From the sequence record SRR33789315_82: 20,322 nt of DNA, one strand, 5' to 3'. The notes beneath the pieces are model-generated. The model saw only the letters and a list, made by a program, of their open reading frames with translations, was not told the origin of the DNA and did not search any database. Position 1 is the first letter of the stretch. Each line of letters starts with the position of its first letter. Shown here piece after piece: positions 1 to 9,821 of the stretch. The position numbers were made by a program, and so were the translations under genes.

Positions 1-1169
1 CTATGGGAAGCAACCCATATGACAGCATATCTATAGATGTTGTTAATAGCAAAGAACATCGTGCATTAGCCCGTGAAGTGGCTCAAAAAAGTATGGTATT
101 GCTTAAGAATAATGGAGTATTACCTTTAAAAAATGACCTGTCAAAATATTTTGTAACGGGTCCAAATGCAGCAAACACAGAAGTCTTATTGGGTAATTAT
201 TATGGGGTAAGTCCCAATATGGTTACTATTCTAGAAGGTCTTGCTGAAGCAGTAGATCCTGCTAGTCAATTGCAATATCGTATGGGAGCATTGTTAGACA
301 GACAACCTGTAAACCCGATGGATTGGGCAACCGGAAATGCTGCAAATAGCGATGTTACCATTGCCGTTCTGGGGATTTCAAGCTTACTGGAAGGCGAAGA
401 AGGAGAATCACTTTCTTCTCCTAGTTTTGGTGATCGTTTAGATTATAACTTACCACAAAATCAAATTGATTTCCTTAAAAAATTACGTGCTGCCGCAGAA
501 GACAAACCTATTGTGGTAGTTGTTACCGGCGGAAGCCCAATGAATCTTGCTGAAGTACACGAACTCGCAGATGCTGTTTTATTAGCTTGGTATCCTGGTG
601 AAGAAGGCGGAAATGCCGTTGCTGATATTATATTTGGAAAAATTAATCCATCAGGGAAATTACCCATTACCTTCCCAAAATCATTAGATCAATTACCCGC
701 TTATGAGGATTATAGTATGGAAGGTCGTACCTATAAATATATGAATCAAGAACCACTATATCCTTTTGGTTTTGGATTAAGTTATGCGCAATTTGAATAT
801 GGACAACCTGTACTATCCAAGAAAAAAATGTCTTCCAAAGAAGAAATAATGGTATCTGTAACAATTACTAATAAAAGTGAACGTCAAGGAGATGAGGTGG
901 TTCAGCTCTATTTAAAAGATGTAAAAGCTTCAGTAGTAGTTCCCAATTATGAGCTTTTTGGTATAAAAAGAGTACCTTTAGAAGGTGGAAAAACAACCAC
1001 AGTAACTTTTACCATTACACCAGATATGCTTGCATTAATAGATGATAATGGAAATAAAAAATTAGAAAAAGGAGAGTTTAAACTTTATATAGGAGGTACA
1101 AGTCCGCTACAACGTAATGTTGATTTAGGCGCATCTCCGCTAGCTGAAGCGACATTCACCTTAAAATAA
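1..1169 (+). CDS. Glycoside hydrolase family 3, probable beta-xylosidase/beta-glucosidase (5'-truncated by the window; C-terminal and Fn3-like domains only)
   Basis: GH3 C-terminal motifs AQKSMVLLKN, WYPGEEGG, PSGKLPITFP, GRTYKY..PLYPFGFGLSY and Fn3-like GDEVVQLY. The catalytic barrel is absent, so the ATG at 3 is internal. Xylosidase specificity is inferred from the neighbouring xyl/uxa genes. Confidence 0.9.
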   Translation, partial: MGSNPYDSISIDVVNSKEHRALAREVAQKSMVLLKNNGVLPLKNDLSKYFVTGPNAANTEVLLGNYYGVSPNMVTILEGLAEAVDPASQLQYRMGALLDRQPVNPMDWATGNAANSDVTIAVLGISSLLEGEEGESLSSPSFGDRLDYNLPQNQIDFLKKLRAAAEDKPIVVVVTGGSPMNLAEVHELADAVLLAWYPGEEGGNAVADIIFGKINPSGKLPITFPKSLDQLPAYEDYSMEGRTYKYMNQEPLYPFGFGLSYAQFEYGQPVLSKKKMSSKEEIMVSVTITNKSERQGDEVVQLYLKDVKASVVVPNYELFGIKRVPLEGGKTTTVTFTITPDMLALIDDNGNKKLEKGEFKLYIGGTSPLQRNVDLGASPLAEATFTLK

Positions 1170-1175
1170 AGCAAA

Positions 1176-2618
1176 GTGAGTAAAACAGCCCCACTAATAA
1201 CAGATAATTTCCTTTTAGAAAACGAGTTCGCACAAGAACTCTATCATAGCTACGCAAAAAATTTACCTATTATAGATTACCACTGTCATTTGCCACCTGA
1301 TGAAATCGCTGCTAATAGATCTTTTGAAAATATCACCAAAATCTGGATTGATGGCGATCATTATAAGTGGCGTTCCATTAGACATTTAGGCATTCCTGAA
1401 GATTATATTACCGGAAAAAAATCTGATTGGCAAAAGTTTGAAAAATGGGCATATACGGTTCCATACACCATGCGTAATCCGCTTTTTCATTGGACGCATT
1501 TAGAATTAAAGCGATATTTTGGTATCGATACCATTTTGTCACCAGAAACGGCACCAGCTATCTATAAAACGTGTAATACGCTCTTGTCAACACCAGAATT
1601 TACTGCCCAAAGCCTGATACAAAAAATGAATGTAGAAATGGTGGGCACAACAGATGATCCGCTAGATGATCTAAGTCATCATAAGGCTATTGCAAATTCA
1701 GATTTTGAGACGCAAGTATTCCCGACATTTCGACCCGATTCTTTAATCTTTATTGAAAAAGTAGATTTCAAGGATTATATCGACACGCTAAGCTCAATTT
1801 GTGCTATTCCGGTTACCGATCTTGAATCTTTAAAAGCGGCAATTAAAAACCGTGTGCACTATTTTCATCAACACGGTTGTCGTATTTCAGATCACGGTTT
1901 ACCGCATATGTATGCCGCAGAATTTTCAGAAAGTCAGGTCAATAAAATACTTACTAAAAGACTCCAAGAAAATGCGCTGACAGCAGATGAAATTTACATC
2001 TACAAATCTGCAATACTGGTTTATTTGGGGACTTGTTATGCAGAACTCAACTGGACGATGCAACTGCATTTAGGCCCTATTAGAGATACAAACAAAGCGC
2101 TTTTAGAACAAATAGGATTAAACGCTGGGGTAGACAGTATTGGTGATTTTCAACACGCCGAACAACTAGCTCGTTTTTTGAACAAGCTCAACGATAAAGG
2201 TCATTTACCCAAAACTATTTTATACAACTCAAACCCTTCAGATAATGAAGTGTTTGCTACGATGATAGGTAATTTTAGTGGTGAAAACATTAAAGGTAAA
2301 GTACAGTTTGGGGCAGCTTGGTGGTTTTTAGATCAAAAAGATGGCATTACAAAACAAATTGACGCCTTGTCTAATATGGGATTGTTAAGCTGTAGCATAG
2401 GAATGCTTACAGATAGTCGCAGTTTTCTATCCTATCCCAGACATGAATATTACAGACGCATTTTGTGTAATATTTTTGGTAACGAAATAAAAAAAGGAGA
2501 GTTACCCAACGATATGAAATGGATTGGAAAACTTGTTTCAGACATTTGTTATCACAATGCCAAGGATTTTTTTAAATTTCCAAAGCCAATTAAAAATTCA
2601 GTTGAAAAACTCACCTAA
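1176..2618 (+). CDS. uxaC: Glucuronate (uronate) isomerase
   Basis: PIIDYHCHL metal-binding motif, DHYKWR, NPLFHWTHLEL, TTDDP, QFGAAWWFLDQ, GMLTDSRSFLSYPRHEYYRR; GTG start. Confidence 0.97.
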   Translation: MSKTAPLITDNFLLENEFAQELYHSYAKNLPIIDYHCHLPPDEIAANRSFENITKIWIDGDHYKWRSIRHLGIPEDYITGKKSDWQKFEKWAYTVPYTMRNPLFHWTHLELKRYFGIDTILSPETAPAIYKTCNTLLSTPEFTAQSLIQKMNVEMVGTTDDPLDDLSHHKAIANSDFETQVFPTFRPDSLIFIEKVDFKDYIDTLSSICAIPVTDLESLKAAIKNRVHYFHQHGCRISDHGLPHMYAAEFSESQVNKILTKRLQENALTADEIYIYKSAILVYLGTCYAELNWTMQLHLGPIRDTNKALLEQIGLNAGVDSIGDFQHAEQLARFLNKLNDKGHLPKTILYNSNPSDNEVFATMIGNFSGENIKGKVQFGAAWWFLDQKDGITKQIDALSNMGLLSCSIGMLTDSRSFLSYPRHEYYRRILCNIFGNEIKKGELPNDMKWIGKLVSDICYHNAKDFFKFPKPIKNSVEKLT

Positions 2619-2630
2619 ACAAAAAAACCT

Positions 2631-3638
2631 TTGAAGAAAATAGTAACGTTTGGTGAAGTCCTTCTTCGATTTTCGCCCGAAAATAATTTACGCTTTGAAC
2701 AAGCTACCCATTATAAAGCTATTTACGGTGGTAGTGAACTCAATGTAGCTTCTTCCCTATCTCGCTTTGGATTACCCGTTTCATTTGTTAGTAGAATTCC
2801 AGACAATAAAATGGCTGCTACTGCATTACTCGAGATGAAAAAATCTGGATTAGACACCTCTGATATTCTGCTAGGTGGTGAACGATTAGGTCTTTATTAT
2901 ATGGAAATAGGGGCTGGTCTGAGAGGAAGTCAAGTAGTTTATGACAGACAGTTTTCTGCTATGACCCAAATCAAATCAGGAATGGTAGACTGGGAAACCG
3001 TTTTTAAAGAAGCGCAATGGTTTCACTGGTCAGGTATCACCGCCGGTATTTCTGAAAGTGCAGCGCAAGTATGTCTTGAAGCCGTTAAAATTGCTTCGGC
3101 AATGGGTTTGACTGTTTCAACAGATTTTAATTACCGTGCTAATCTTTGGAAATATGGAAAATCTCCGCAAGAAATGATGGAACCTATTGTGGCCTATTGC
3201 GACTTAGTTTTAGCTGGAGAGTATGCCTGCGAACAATATTTCAATATTATTCCCGAAGCTGGAAAGGATAAAAATATTTCGCTATGCGAAAAACTCATAG
3301 CGCGTTTTGAAAAGTTAAAATACATCGCCATTACAGAACGGGAAATGATCAATGCCTCTCATAACAATTGGCATGCCGTTCTTTATCATAAAGGTGAATT
3401 ATTGCGTAGTAATTCCTACCAAATTACCGATATTGTTGATAGAATAGGCGCTGGCGATAGTTTTATGGCCGGATTAATTTATGGTTTAGTACAATTTGAA
3501 GACAAACAAAAAGCGCTTGATTTTGCGGTTGCAGCTTCGGCATTAAAACATACTATTGCTGGGGATGCAAATTTGGCAACTGTCGCCGAAGTTGAAAAAT
3601 TAATGGTTGAAGGAGTTACCGGCAGGGTTTCCCGATAA
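2631..3638 (+). CDS. kdgK: 2-dehydro-3-deoxygluconokinase (PfkB family)
   Basis: VTFGEVLLR, GGSELNVA, DFNYRANLW and PfkB signature DRIGAGDSFMAG; lies between uxaC and eda; TTG start. Confidence 0.9.
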   Translation: MKKIVTFGEVLLRFSPENNLRFEQATHYKAIYGGSELNVASSLSRFGLPVSFVSRIPDNKMAATALLEMKKSGLDTSDILLGGERLGLYYMEIGAGLRGSQVVYDRQFSAMTQIKSGMVDWETVFKEAQWFHWSGITAGISESAAQVCLEAVKIASAMGLTVSTDFNYRANLWKYGKSPQEMMEPIVAYCDLVLAGEYACEQYFNIIPEAGKDKNISLCEKLIARFEKLKYIAITEREMINASHNNWHAVLYHKGELLRSNSYQITDIVDRIGAGDSFMAGLIYGLVQFEDKQKALDFAVAASALKHTIAGDANLATVAEVEKLMVEGVTGRVSR

Positions 3639-3656
3639 TATAAAAGCTATAAGAAA

Positions 3657-4325
3657 ATGAAATTTGATAGAATAGCGGTAATACAAATGATGGAGTCAAA
3701 CGGTATGGTTCCCTTATTTTATCACCAGGATATAACCATTGCACAACAAGTAGTACAAGCGTGTTATGATGGAGGTGCTCGCCTATTAGAGTTTACCCAT
3801 CGTGGGCATTTTGCACACGAAGTATTTGCTGAACTCGTAAAATATTGTACTATAAACTGCCCCGAAATGATGCTGGGAGTAGGCTCTGTAACAGATGCCG
3901 CTTCGGCTTCCTTATATATGAATATGGGAGCAGCATTTGTTGTGACTCCTGTTTTTAGAAAAGATATAGCCATAGCATGTAACCGAAGAAAAGTGCTTTG
4001 GGCACCTGGTTGTGGCTCACTTACAGAAATTGCCGAAGCCGAAGAATTAGGCTGCGAAATCGTAAAACTCTTTCCCGGCTCTGTTTATGGACCAGAATTT
4101 ATCAAAGCTGCAAAAGGACCTCAGCCTTGGACAAAAATTATGCCTACAGGTGGCGTAAATACTACAAAAGAAAATCTCTCTAGCTGGTTTGCTGCCGGTG
4201 CAACTTGCGTAGGATTAGGCTCTCAGTTAATCTCAAAAGAACTCCTTAAAAATAATGATTTTGAAGGTCTGAAAGAAAAAGTAAAAGAAACGTTAGATCT
4301 CATATCCGCTATAAAAAATTCATGA
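3657..4325 (+). CDS. eda: KDPG/KHG aldolase
   Basis: LLEFTHR, GVGSV, FVVTP, Schiff-base VKLFPG and IMPTGGV motifs; 222 aa. Confidence 0.93.
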   Translation: MKFDRIAVIQMMESNGMVPLFYHQDITIAQQVVQACYDGGARLLEFTHRGHFAHEVFAELVKYCTINCPEMMLGVGSVTDAASASLYMNMGAAFVVTPVFRKDIAIACNRRKVLWAPGCGSLTEIAEAEELGCEIVKLFPGSVYGPEFIKAAKGPQPWTKIMPTGGVNTTKENLSSWFAAGATCVGLGSQLISKELLKNNDFEGLKEKVKETLDLISAIKNS

Positions 4326-5299
4326 AAATACCCCTTATTTTCAGTTTAATCTTACTCCTAAGTTTAACCGCTTGCCAAAAAGAGCAGGCACATAAAACGA
4401 TAAAACTAGCTCATAGTTTAAGCGTAAATCATCCCGTACATGAGGCTATGCTTTTTATGGCTGAAAAGGTTAAGGAGAATTCTAACGGACAACTTCAAAT
4501 AGAAATTTACCCCAGTAGCCAGCTAGGTTCAGAAAGACAATGCCTAGAATTACTACAAATAGGTAGTTTAGGTATGACTAAAGTTTCTGCTGCGGTAATG
4601 GAAAACTTTTCGCCTAAATTAAAAGTATTTGGTTACCCATATTTATTTAGAGACGATGCTCATCGTTTTAAAGTTTATGATGGCCCAATAGGTAAACAAT
4701 TGTTACAAGATGGAGAAGAATTCTGGTTACGCGGATTGACATATTTTGATGCTGGAAATCGTTCTTTTTACACAAAAACGAAAACGATTGAAAAACCAGA
4801 TGATCTTATCGGGTTAAAAATACGCGTAATGCAAAGCCCTACCGCAATCAATTTAATAAAGAGCTTTGGTGGCGCTCCAACCCCTATTTCTTGGGGGGAA
4901 TTATATACTGCATTACAACAAGGGGTGGTTGATGGAGCCGAAAATAATCTACCCAGTTTTTATACTTCAAAACACTATGAGGTTTGTAAACACCTTTCTA
5001 TAAATGAGCACTCTTCAATTCCCGATATCTTAGTTATAAGTACTTTAATATGGGATGATTTAACTGAAGAAGAAAAGAAATGGCTTACAGATGCGGTTCA
5101 AGAAGCTACTGTATACCAACGTAAATTATGGAAAATAGCAGAAGCTGAAGCCTTACAAGCTGTAGAAAAAGCAGGTGTTAAGGTTAATTACCCAGACAAA
5201 AGTCTTTTTGAAGAAAAATCAAAATCAATGATAGAGGCATTGAAAACAGAAAACAAAGAATTATATGATGTTGTTGAACAAATACAAAAAGTTAATTAA
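4322..5299 (+). CDS. dctP: TRAP transporter substrate-binding protein (DctP family), predicted lipoprotein; probably binds a hexuronate
   Basis: YPSSQLGSE, LKIRVM (conserved carboxylate-binding Arg), ELYTALQQGVVDGAEN; lipobox LTA-C18; ATGA overlap with eda. Confidence 0.93.
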   Translation: MKIPLIFSLILLLSLTACQKEQAHKTIKLAHSLSVNHPVHEAMLFMAEKVKENSNGQLQIEIYPSSQLGSERQCLELLQIGSLGMTKVSAAVMENFSPKLKVFGYPYLFRDDAHRFKVYDGPIGKQLLQDGEEFWLRGLTYFDAGNRSFYTKTKTIEKPDDLIGLKIRVMQSPTAINLIKSFGGAPTPISWGELYTALQQGVVDGAENNLPSFYTSKHYEVCKHLSINEHSSIPDILVISTLIWDDLTEEEKKWLTDAVQEATVYQRKLWKIAEAEALQAVEKAGVKVNYPDKSLFEEKSKSMIEALKTENKELYDVVEQIQKVN

Positions 5300-5775
5300 T
5301 GCGCGATAAGGTTGATTTACTTTTAGAATGGTTACTTGCATTGTTCCTAGGCGTAATGACGCTAGATGTACTTTGGGGTGTTTTTACACGCTACGCTTTG
5401 GGAAATCAAGGTTCGTGGACTGATGAGTTAGCCCGATTTCTTATGATCTGGGTTGGTATTTTAGGAGCTGCTTATGCTTCAGGAAAAAATTTACATATTG
5501 CTATTGATTTGCTTCCGCAGTATTTAAACGAAAAAAACAATAAACGTTTAGAAATACTAATAGCAGCAATTGTTGTTCTTTTTGTCTTTGCTGTTTTCAT
5601 TATAGGAGGTATACGCTATACTTATATTTCTTTCGCTTTAGGGCAATCCTCACCAGCCCTCAATATTCCTATGGGAGTGGTGTATGCTATTTTTCCTTTT
5701 GCTGGTCTTTGTATCATATATTACAGGCTAAGTGATTTGTATTCCTACCTCAATAATTCAACTAGCTCTCTTTAA
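5299..5775 (+). CDS. dctQ: TRAP transporter small permease
   Basis: Four hydrophobic segments, WTDELARFLMIW, HIAID, SPALNIP; TAATG coupling to dctP. Confidence 0.92.
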   Translation: MRDKVDLLLEWLLALFLGVMTLDVLWGVFTRYALGNQGSWTDELARFLMIWVGILGAAYASGKNLHIAIDLLPQYLNEKNNKRLEILIAAIVVLFVFAVFIIGGIRYTYISFALGQSSPALNIPMGVVYAIFPFAGLCIIYYRLSDLYSYLNNSTSSL

Positions 5776-5778
5776 TTT

Positions 5779-7068
5779 ATGGAAATCACCATTCTTGTTT
5801 TGTGTTTTATTTTATTGGTAGCCATACGAGTTCCTGTTGCTTGGAGTATTGGTATTTCTGCACTACTCACTTTGCTGGTAAGTGTTGATTCTGTTCCGGC
5901 ATTTACCACTATTGCCCAACGAGTCGTAACGGGTCTTGATAGCTTCTCTATTTTAGCTATTCCGTTTTTTATTCTTGCGGGACATATTATGAACAAAGGT
6001 GGTATCGCTAGAAGACTTATAGAGTTTGCTAAGACACTTGTAGGTTCCTTACCTGGAGGATTAGCACACGTAAATATTGTTGCCGCTATGCTTTTTGGTG
6101 CCATAGCGGGTTCAGCAGGAGCTGCAGCTGCCGCTATAGGTAGTTTCATGACCGATGAAATGGACAAGGCAGGATATGACAAAGGATTTGGTGTAGCTGT
6201 TAATGTCACTTCAGCAACAACTGGATTATTAATTCCACCCAGTAATATCTTCATCATATATTCGCTAGCAAGCGGCGGTGTAAGCATTGGTGCACTTTTT
6301 CTTGCAGGATACATCCCTGGTATTTTGACAGGTTTGTTACTTATGGTCGTTGCCTATATTTGGGCAAAGCGAAAAGGATATCCTACTGCAGGTCGCAGTT
6401 CTTTAAAAATGGTTCTTAAAACCTTTATTGCTGCAGTACCCAGTCTTTTCTTATTAATTATAATTATAGGTGGTATTATAGCAGGAATATTTACTGCAAC
6501 TGAAGCCTCTTCTGTAGCGGTAATTTACTGTCTTGCCCTTTCTTTTATTTATGGGGAAATTAAACTGCGAGATTTAAAAACAATCTTAGTAGAAGCATCA
6601 TCAACCATTGCCATAGTCATGTTACTTATCGCTATGTCTATCGCCATGTCTTGGGTAATGTCTTTTGAAAATATTCCGCAAATGGTTACAGACAGTCTCT
6701 TGAACCTAAGTGATAATAAAATAGTGGTCCTGATTATCATTAACCTGATCCTTCTTTTTGTGGGGATTTTTATGGATATGACACCTGCTATTTTAATTTT
6801 TACTCCCATTTTTCTTCCTGTAGTTACAGCGATGGGTATTGACCCGGTTCACTTTGGAATTATTATGGTGCTTAATTTGTGTATAGGTTTATGCACACCA
6901 CCAGTGGGTTCTATTCTATTTATAGGAGTGGGTGTCGCAAAAACATCTATACATAAAGTAATAAAACCCTTGCTTCCGCTTTTTGCAGCAATGCTTATAG
7001 CACTTATTTTAATCAGTGTTTTTCCGCAACTAAGTTTGTGGCTTCCTAAAGTATTTGGTTTACTTTAA
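5779..7068 (+). CDS. dctM: TRAP transporter large permease
   Basis: LAIPFFILAG, GGLAHVN, LLIPPS, FTATEA, GIDPVHFG, GLCTPPVG motifs; 429 aa, highly hydrophobic. Confidence 0.95.
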   Translation: MEITILVLCFILLVAIRVPVAWSIGISALLTLLVSVDSVPAFTTIAQRVVTGLDSFSILAIPFFILAGHIMNKGGIARRLIEFAKTLVGSLPGGLAHVNIVAAMLFGAIAGSAGAAAAAIGSFMTDEMDKAGYDKGFGVAVNVTSATTGLLIPPSNIFIIYSLASGGVSIGALFLAGYIPGILTGLLLMVVAYIWAKRKGYPTAGRSSLKMVLKTFIAAVPSLFLLIIIIGGIIAGIFTATEASSVAVIYCLALSFIYGEIKLRDLKTILVEASSTIAIVMLLIAMSIAMSWVMSFENIPQMVTDSLLNLSDNKIVVLIIINLILLFVGIFMDMTPAILIFTPIFLPVVTAMGIDPVHFGIIMVLNLCIGLCTPPVGSILFIGVGVAKTSIHKVIKPLLPLFAAMLIALILISVFPQLSLWLPKVFGLL

Positions 7069-8100
7069 ATACTTTTCTCTAGAGGAAGAATCTCTTATTA
7101 CCAGATGGGTTTTCAAAATGTTAATCGGGTTTTCAACCAGCACTTCATCATCACCTTTTTCAAAATGTTTTAGGATAAGTTGGGCTGACATAGCTCCCAT
7201 CTTAGTCGCAGGATGATAAACAGAAGATAGTGGTGGGTCTACAATCGACGCAATAGGATCATCGTTAAAACCAATTATTGCTAAATCTCTAGGAATAGAA
7301 ATACCTCTTTTTTTTGCATATATAATCGCGGCTACTGCTGCTGTATCATTTGCAGAGAAAATGCCATCAGGAGGATTGTCTAAATTGAGTAATTTTTTTG
7401 TGGCCTTTTCACCTTCTTTAAGGCTTAAGGTTTTAAAATTAATTATAATATTTTCATCAATAGGAAGGCCATTATCCAGAAGTGCATCCTTATAACCTCT
7501 ACTACGTTCTTGATAGACATTGCGATGTTGTGCGCCAGCAAAATGCGCAATGCGCTTACAACCTTGGTCTATTAAATGCTTGGTTGCGTCATAACTAGCA
7601 TGGTAATTATCAATTATTACACGGTAAGAGTCAAATTCATCTGGAACCCGATCAACAAAAACTATAGGAATCCCTTGATTTACAAATTGCTGAAAATGTG
7701 CATAGTCTGTTGTTTCCATAGCTAGTGAAGCTACAAGACCACATATTCTACTATCATATAAAGCTTTGGCATTACTCACTTCATTCTCATACTCATCATT
7801 ACTTTGGCTTATAATAACATTGTAACCTTCCCTGCGTGCTTCCCGTTCTATACCACTAATCAAAGAAGAAATAAAAGGTCTATTAATTCGAGCAATCATG
7901 ATACCAATAGTCATGCTTTTACTAAGCCTTAAACTAGCTGCTAAACCATTGGGCCTATATCCCAGCTCTTTTGCAGCAGCTTTAATTTTAAGCTTTGTAC
8001 TCTTACTTATACTTTCATGATTGTTTAATGCCCGAGAAACTGTCGAGGGAGAATAATCTAATTCTTTAGCTATATCATAAATTGTAATTTCTTTTTTCAT
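7060..8100 (-). CDS. LacI-family transcriptional regulator
   Basis: N-terminal HTH ITIYDIAKELDYSPSTVSRALN, hinge LGYRPNGLAASL, periplasmic-binding-protein-like effector domain (IVFVDR, DGIFSAND, IIGFND, PPLSSV). Its 3' end overlaps dctM by 9 bp. Confidence 0.95.
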   Translation of the reverse strand: MKKEITIYDIAKELDYSPSTVSRALNNHESISKSTKLKIKAAAKELGYRPNGLAASLRLSKSMTIGIMIARINRPFISSLISGIEREARREGYNVIISQSNDEYENEVSNAKALYDSRICGLVASLAMETTDYAHFQQFVNQGIPIVFVDRVPDEFDSYRVIIDNYHASYDATKHLIDQGCKRIAHFAGAQHRNVYQERSRGYKDALLDNGLPIDENIIINFKTLSLKEGEKATKKLLNLDNPPDGIFSANDTAAVAAIIYAKKRGISIPRDLAIIGFNDDPIASIVDPPLSSVYHPATKMGAMSAQLILKHFEKGDDEVLVENPINILKTHLVIRDSSSREKYLK

Positions 8101-8259
8101 TCTTTTAGTATATCCTAAAACTATTTACTATAATTGTTGACTAAAATTAATCAATAGCACAATTCCCGTTTCGTGCAGTCAATTTAGAACAGATTCTTTA
8201 AACAATTAAGATATTTTTAAAAAAAGATTCATGTTTATGTTAGTTCGCTTTTACTGGGT

Positions 8260-8267
8260 TATCTTTG
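8260..8267 (+). promoter_or_regulatory. Bacteroidota housekeeping promoter -7 element for xylBAE
   Basis: TATCTTTG is an exact TAnnTTTG match 54 nt upstream of the xylB ATG; the -33 element is only degenerate (TATG, ~20 nt upstream). Confidence 0.7.
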
Positions 8268-8268
8268 T

Positions 8269-8286
8269 GCAATCGATTTCGATTGC
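8269..8286. promoter_or_regulatory. Palindromic operator, probably bound by the adjacent LacI regulator
   Basis: Perfect 8-2-8 inverted repeat GCAATCGA-TT-TCGATTGC just downstream of the -7 element, over the expected transcription start. It contains CG-centred GCAATCGATTtC, which resembles LacI-family operators. Confidence 0.7.
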
Positions 8287-8321
8287 TATATTGGGAATTG
8301 AATTTTACTTAAGAACACTTT

Positions 8322-9812
8322 ATGTTTTGGATAGGTTATGATGTTGGGAGCTCATCAATTAAAGCAGCTTTAATTGATGCCAAGGACGGATCTACAGTTG
8401 ATGTCGCTCAATATCCTGAAAAAGAAATGCCCATTTATTCACCAAAAATGGGATGGGGCGAACAAGAGCCGGAATTATGGTGGACTAATCTTTGTCAAGC
8501 TACACAAAAGCTACTCAAGCAAACTGGTGTCGCAAAAAATGATATAAAAGGTATTGGTATATCATATCAAATGCACGGGCTTGTTTTGGTAGACGAAAAG
8601 CACAATGTACTGCGATCTTCTATCATCTGGTGTGACAGTCGTGCAGTAGAAACTGGCAATGCACTTTTCGAAAAAGCGGGAGAACAACGCTGCATAGATC
8701 GCTTACTTAATTCACCTGGTAATTTTACTTTATCTAAATTAAAATGGGTAAAAGAAAACCAACCTGAAATCTACAAAAAGGCATATAAATTTATGCTTCC
8801 AGGAGATTATATAGGATTAAGGCTTACTGGAGAATGTGTAACTACCGCCTCTGGATTGTCTGAAGGAATACTTTGGGATTTTAAAGACAACACACCCGCT
8901 TCTTGGTTACTAGAAAGTGCTGGAATAGATAGTGCTTTACTTCCAGAAATTGTACCTTCTTTTGGTCCACAAGGAAATGTAAATAAGACGGGAGCAAATG
9001 CCACAGGCTTGCCAGAAGGTATTCCTATTATGTATCGTGCTGGAGATCAACCCAACAATGCTATTGCATTGAATGTATTTGAACCAGGACAAATAGCTGC
9101 CACAGGAGGAACATCTGGGGTGGTTTATGCCATTACAGATCGGGTAAGTACATCAGAGAGCACACGTATTAATAGCTTTGCTCATGTAAATCATACAAGG
9201 GAAGCACCTCGAGTAGGTAAAATGTTGTGTATAAACGGTACCGGAATTCAATATAGTTGGATTAGAAACCAACTTACCTCTGGTATTTCCTATAATGAGA
9301 TGAATAAATTAGCCGAAGCTACACCCATAGGTGCAGAAGGCTTACGCGTTCTTCCATTTGGAAACGGTGCAGAGCGTATGTTGAATAACGCTTCATCTGG
9401 TGCACAAATAAGCAACCTCAACTTTAACCTACACAGCAAAGGACATCTTTATCGTGCTGCATTAGAAGGAATTGCCTTTTCTTTTGTTTACGGTTTAGAA
9501 ATATTAAAAAATGACGGTGTTGATCTTAACTCAGTAAAAGCGGGTAATGACAATCTTTTCCGTGCTGGTATATTTTCAAATACTGTAAGTACACTTACTG
9601 GAAGCAGTATTAAAATAGTAGAAACTACTGGAGCTGTTGGAGCTGCACGTGCAGCTGCTTATGCCGCAGGTGTATTTCAAACGTTTGATGACGCTGTCGC
9701 TTCAGATAAAATACAAAATACGTATAGGCCTATAGAGGACAAATCTCCTTATGAAGATGCCTATAACGATTGGAAGAGCAACTTAGAAAATTATATAATT
9801 CGACTTAAATAA
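8322..9812 (+). CDS. xylB: Xylulokinase (FGGY family)
   Basis: IGYDVGSSSIKA, GISYQMHGLV, IIWCDSR, AGDQPNNA, GGTSGV, RAALEGIAF; directly upstream of xylA. Confidence 0.93.
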   Translation: MFWIGYDVGSSSIKAALIDAKDGSTVDVAQYPEKEMPIYSPKMGWGEQEPELWWTNLCQATQKLLKQTGVAKNDIKGIGISYQMHGLVLVDEKHNVLRSSIIWCDSRAVETGNALFEKAGEQRCIDRLLNSPGNFTLSKLKWVKENQPEIYKKAYKFMLPGDYIGLRLTGECVTTASGLSEGILWDFKDNTPASWLLESAGIDSALLPEIVPSFGPQGNVNKTGANATGLPEGIPIMYRAGDQPNNAIALNVFEPGQIAATGGTSGVVYAITDRVSTSESTRINSFAHVNHTREAPRVGKMLCINGTGIQYSWIRNQLTSGISYNEMNKLAEATPIGAEGLRVLPFGNGAERMLNNASSGAQISNLNFNLHSKGHLYRAALEGIAFSFVYGLEILKNDGVDLNSVKAGNDNLFRAGIFSNTVSTLTGSSIKIVETTGAVGAARAAAYAAGVFQTFDDAVASDKIQNTYRPIEDKSPYEDAYNDWKSNLENYIIRLK

Positions 9813-9821
9813 CCAAAAATT

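Noticed and set aside
461..864. Minus-strand ORFs 461-667 and 667-864
   Set aside because: Antisense shadows of the GH3 gene with no recognisable motifs.
3764..4183. ORFs 3764-3973 (-) and 3998-4183 (+, alternative frame)
   Set aside because: Fully inside eda; short and without independent signals.
5772..6809. Minus-strand ORFs of 180 aa and 86 aa
   Set aside because: Antisense to dctM; typical shadow ORFs of a hydrophobic gene.
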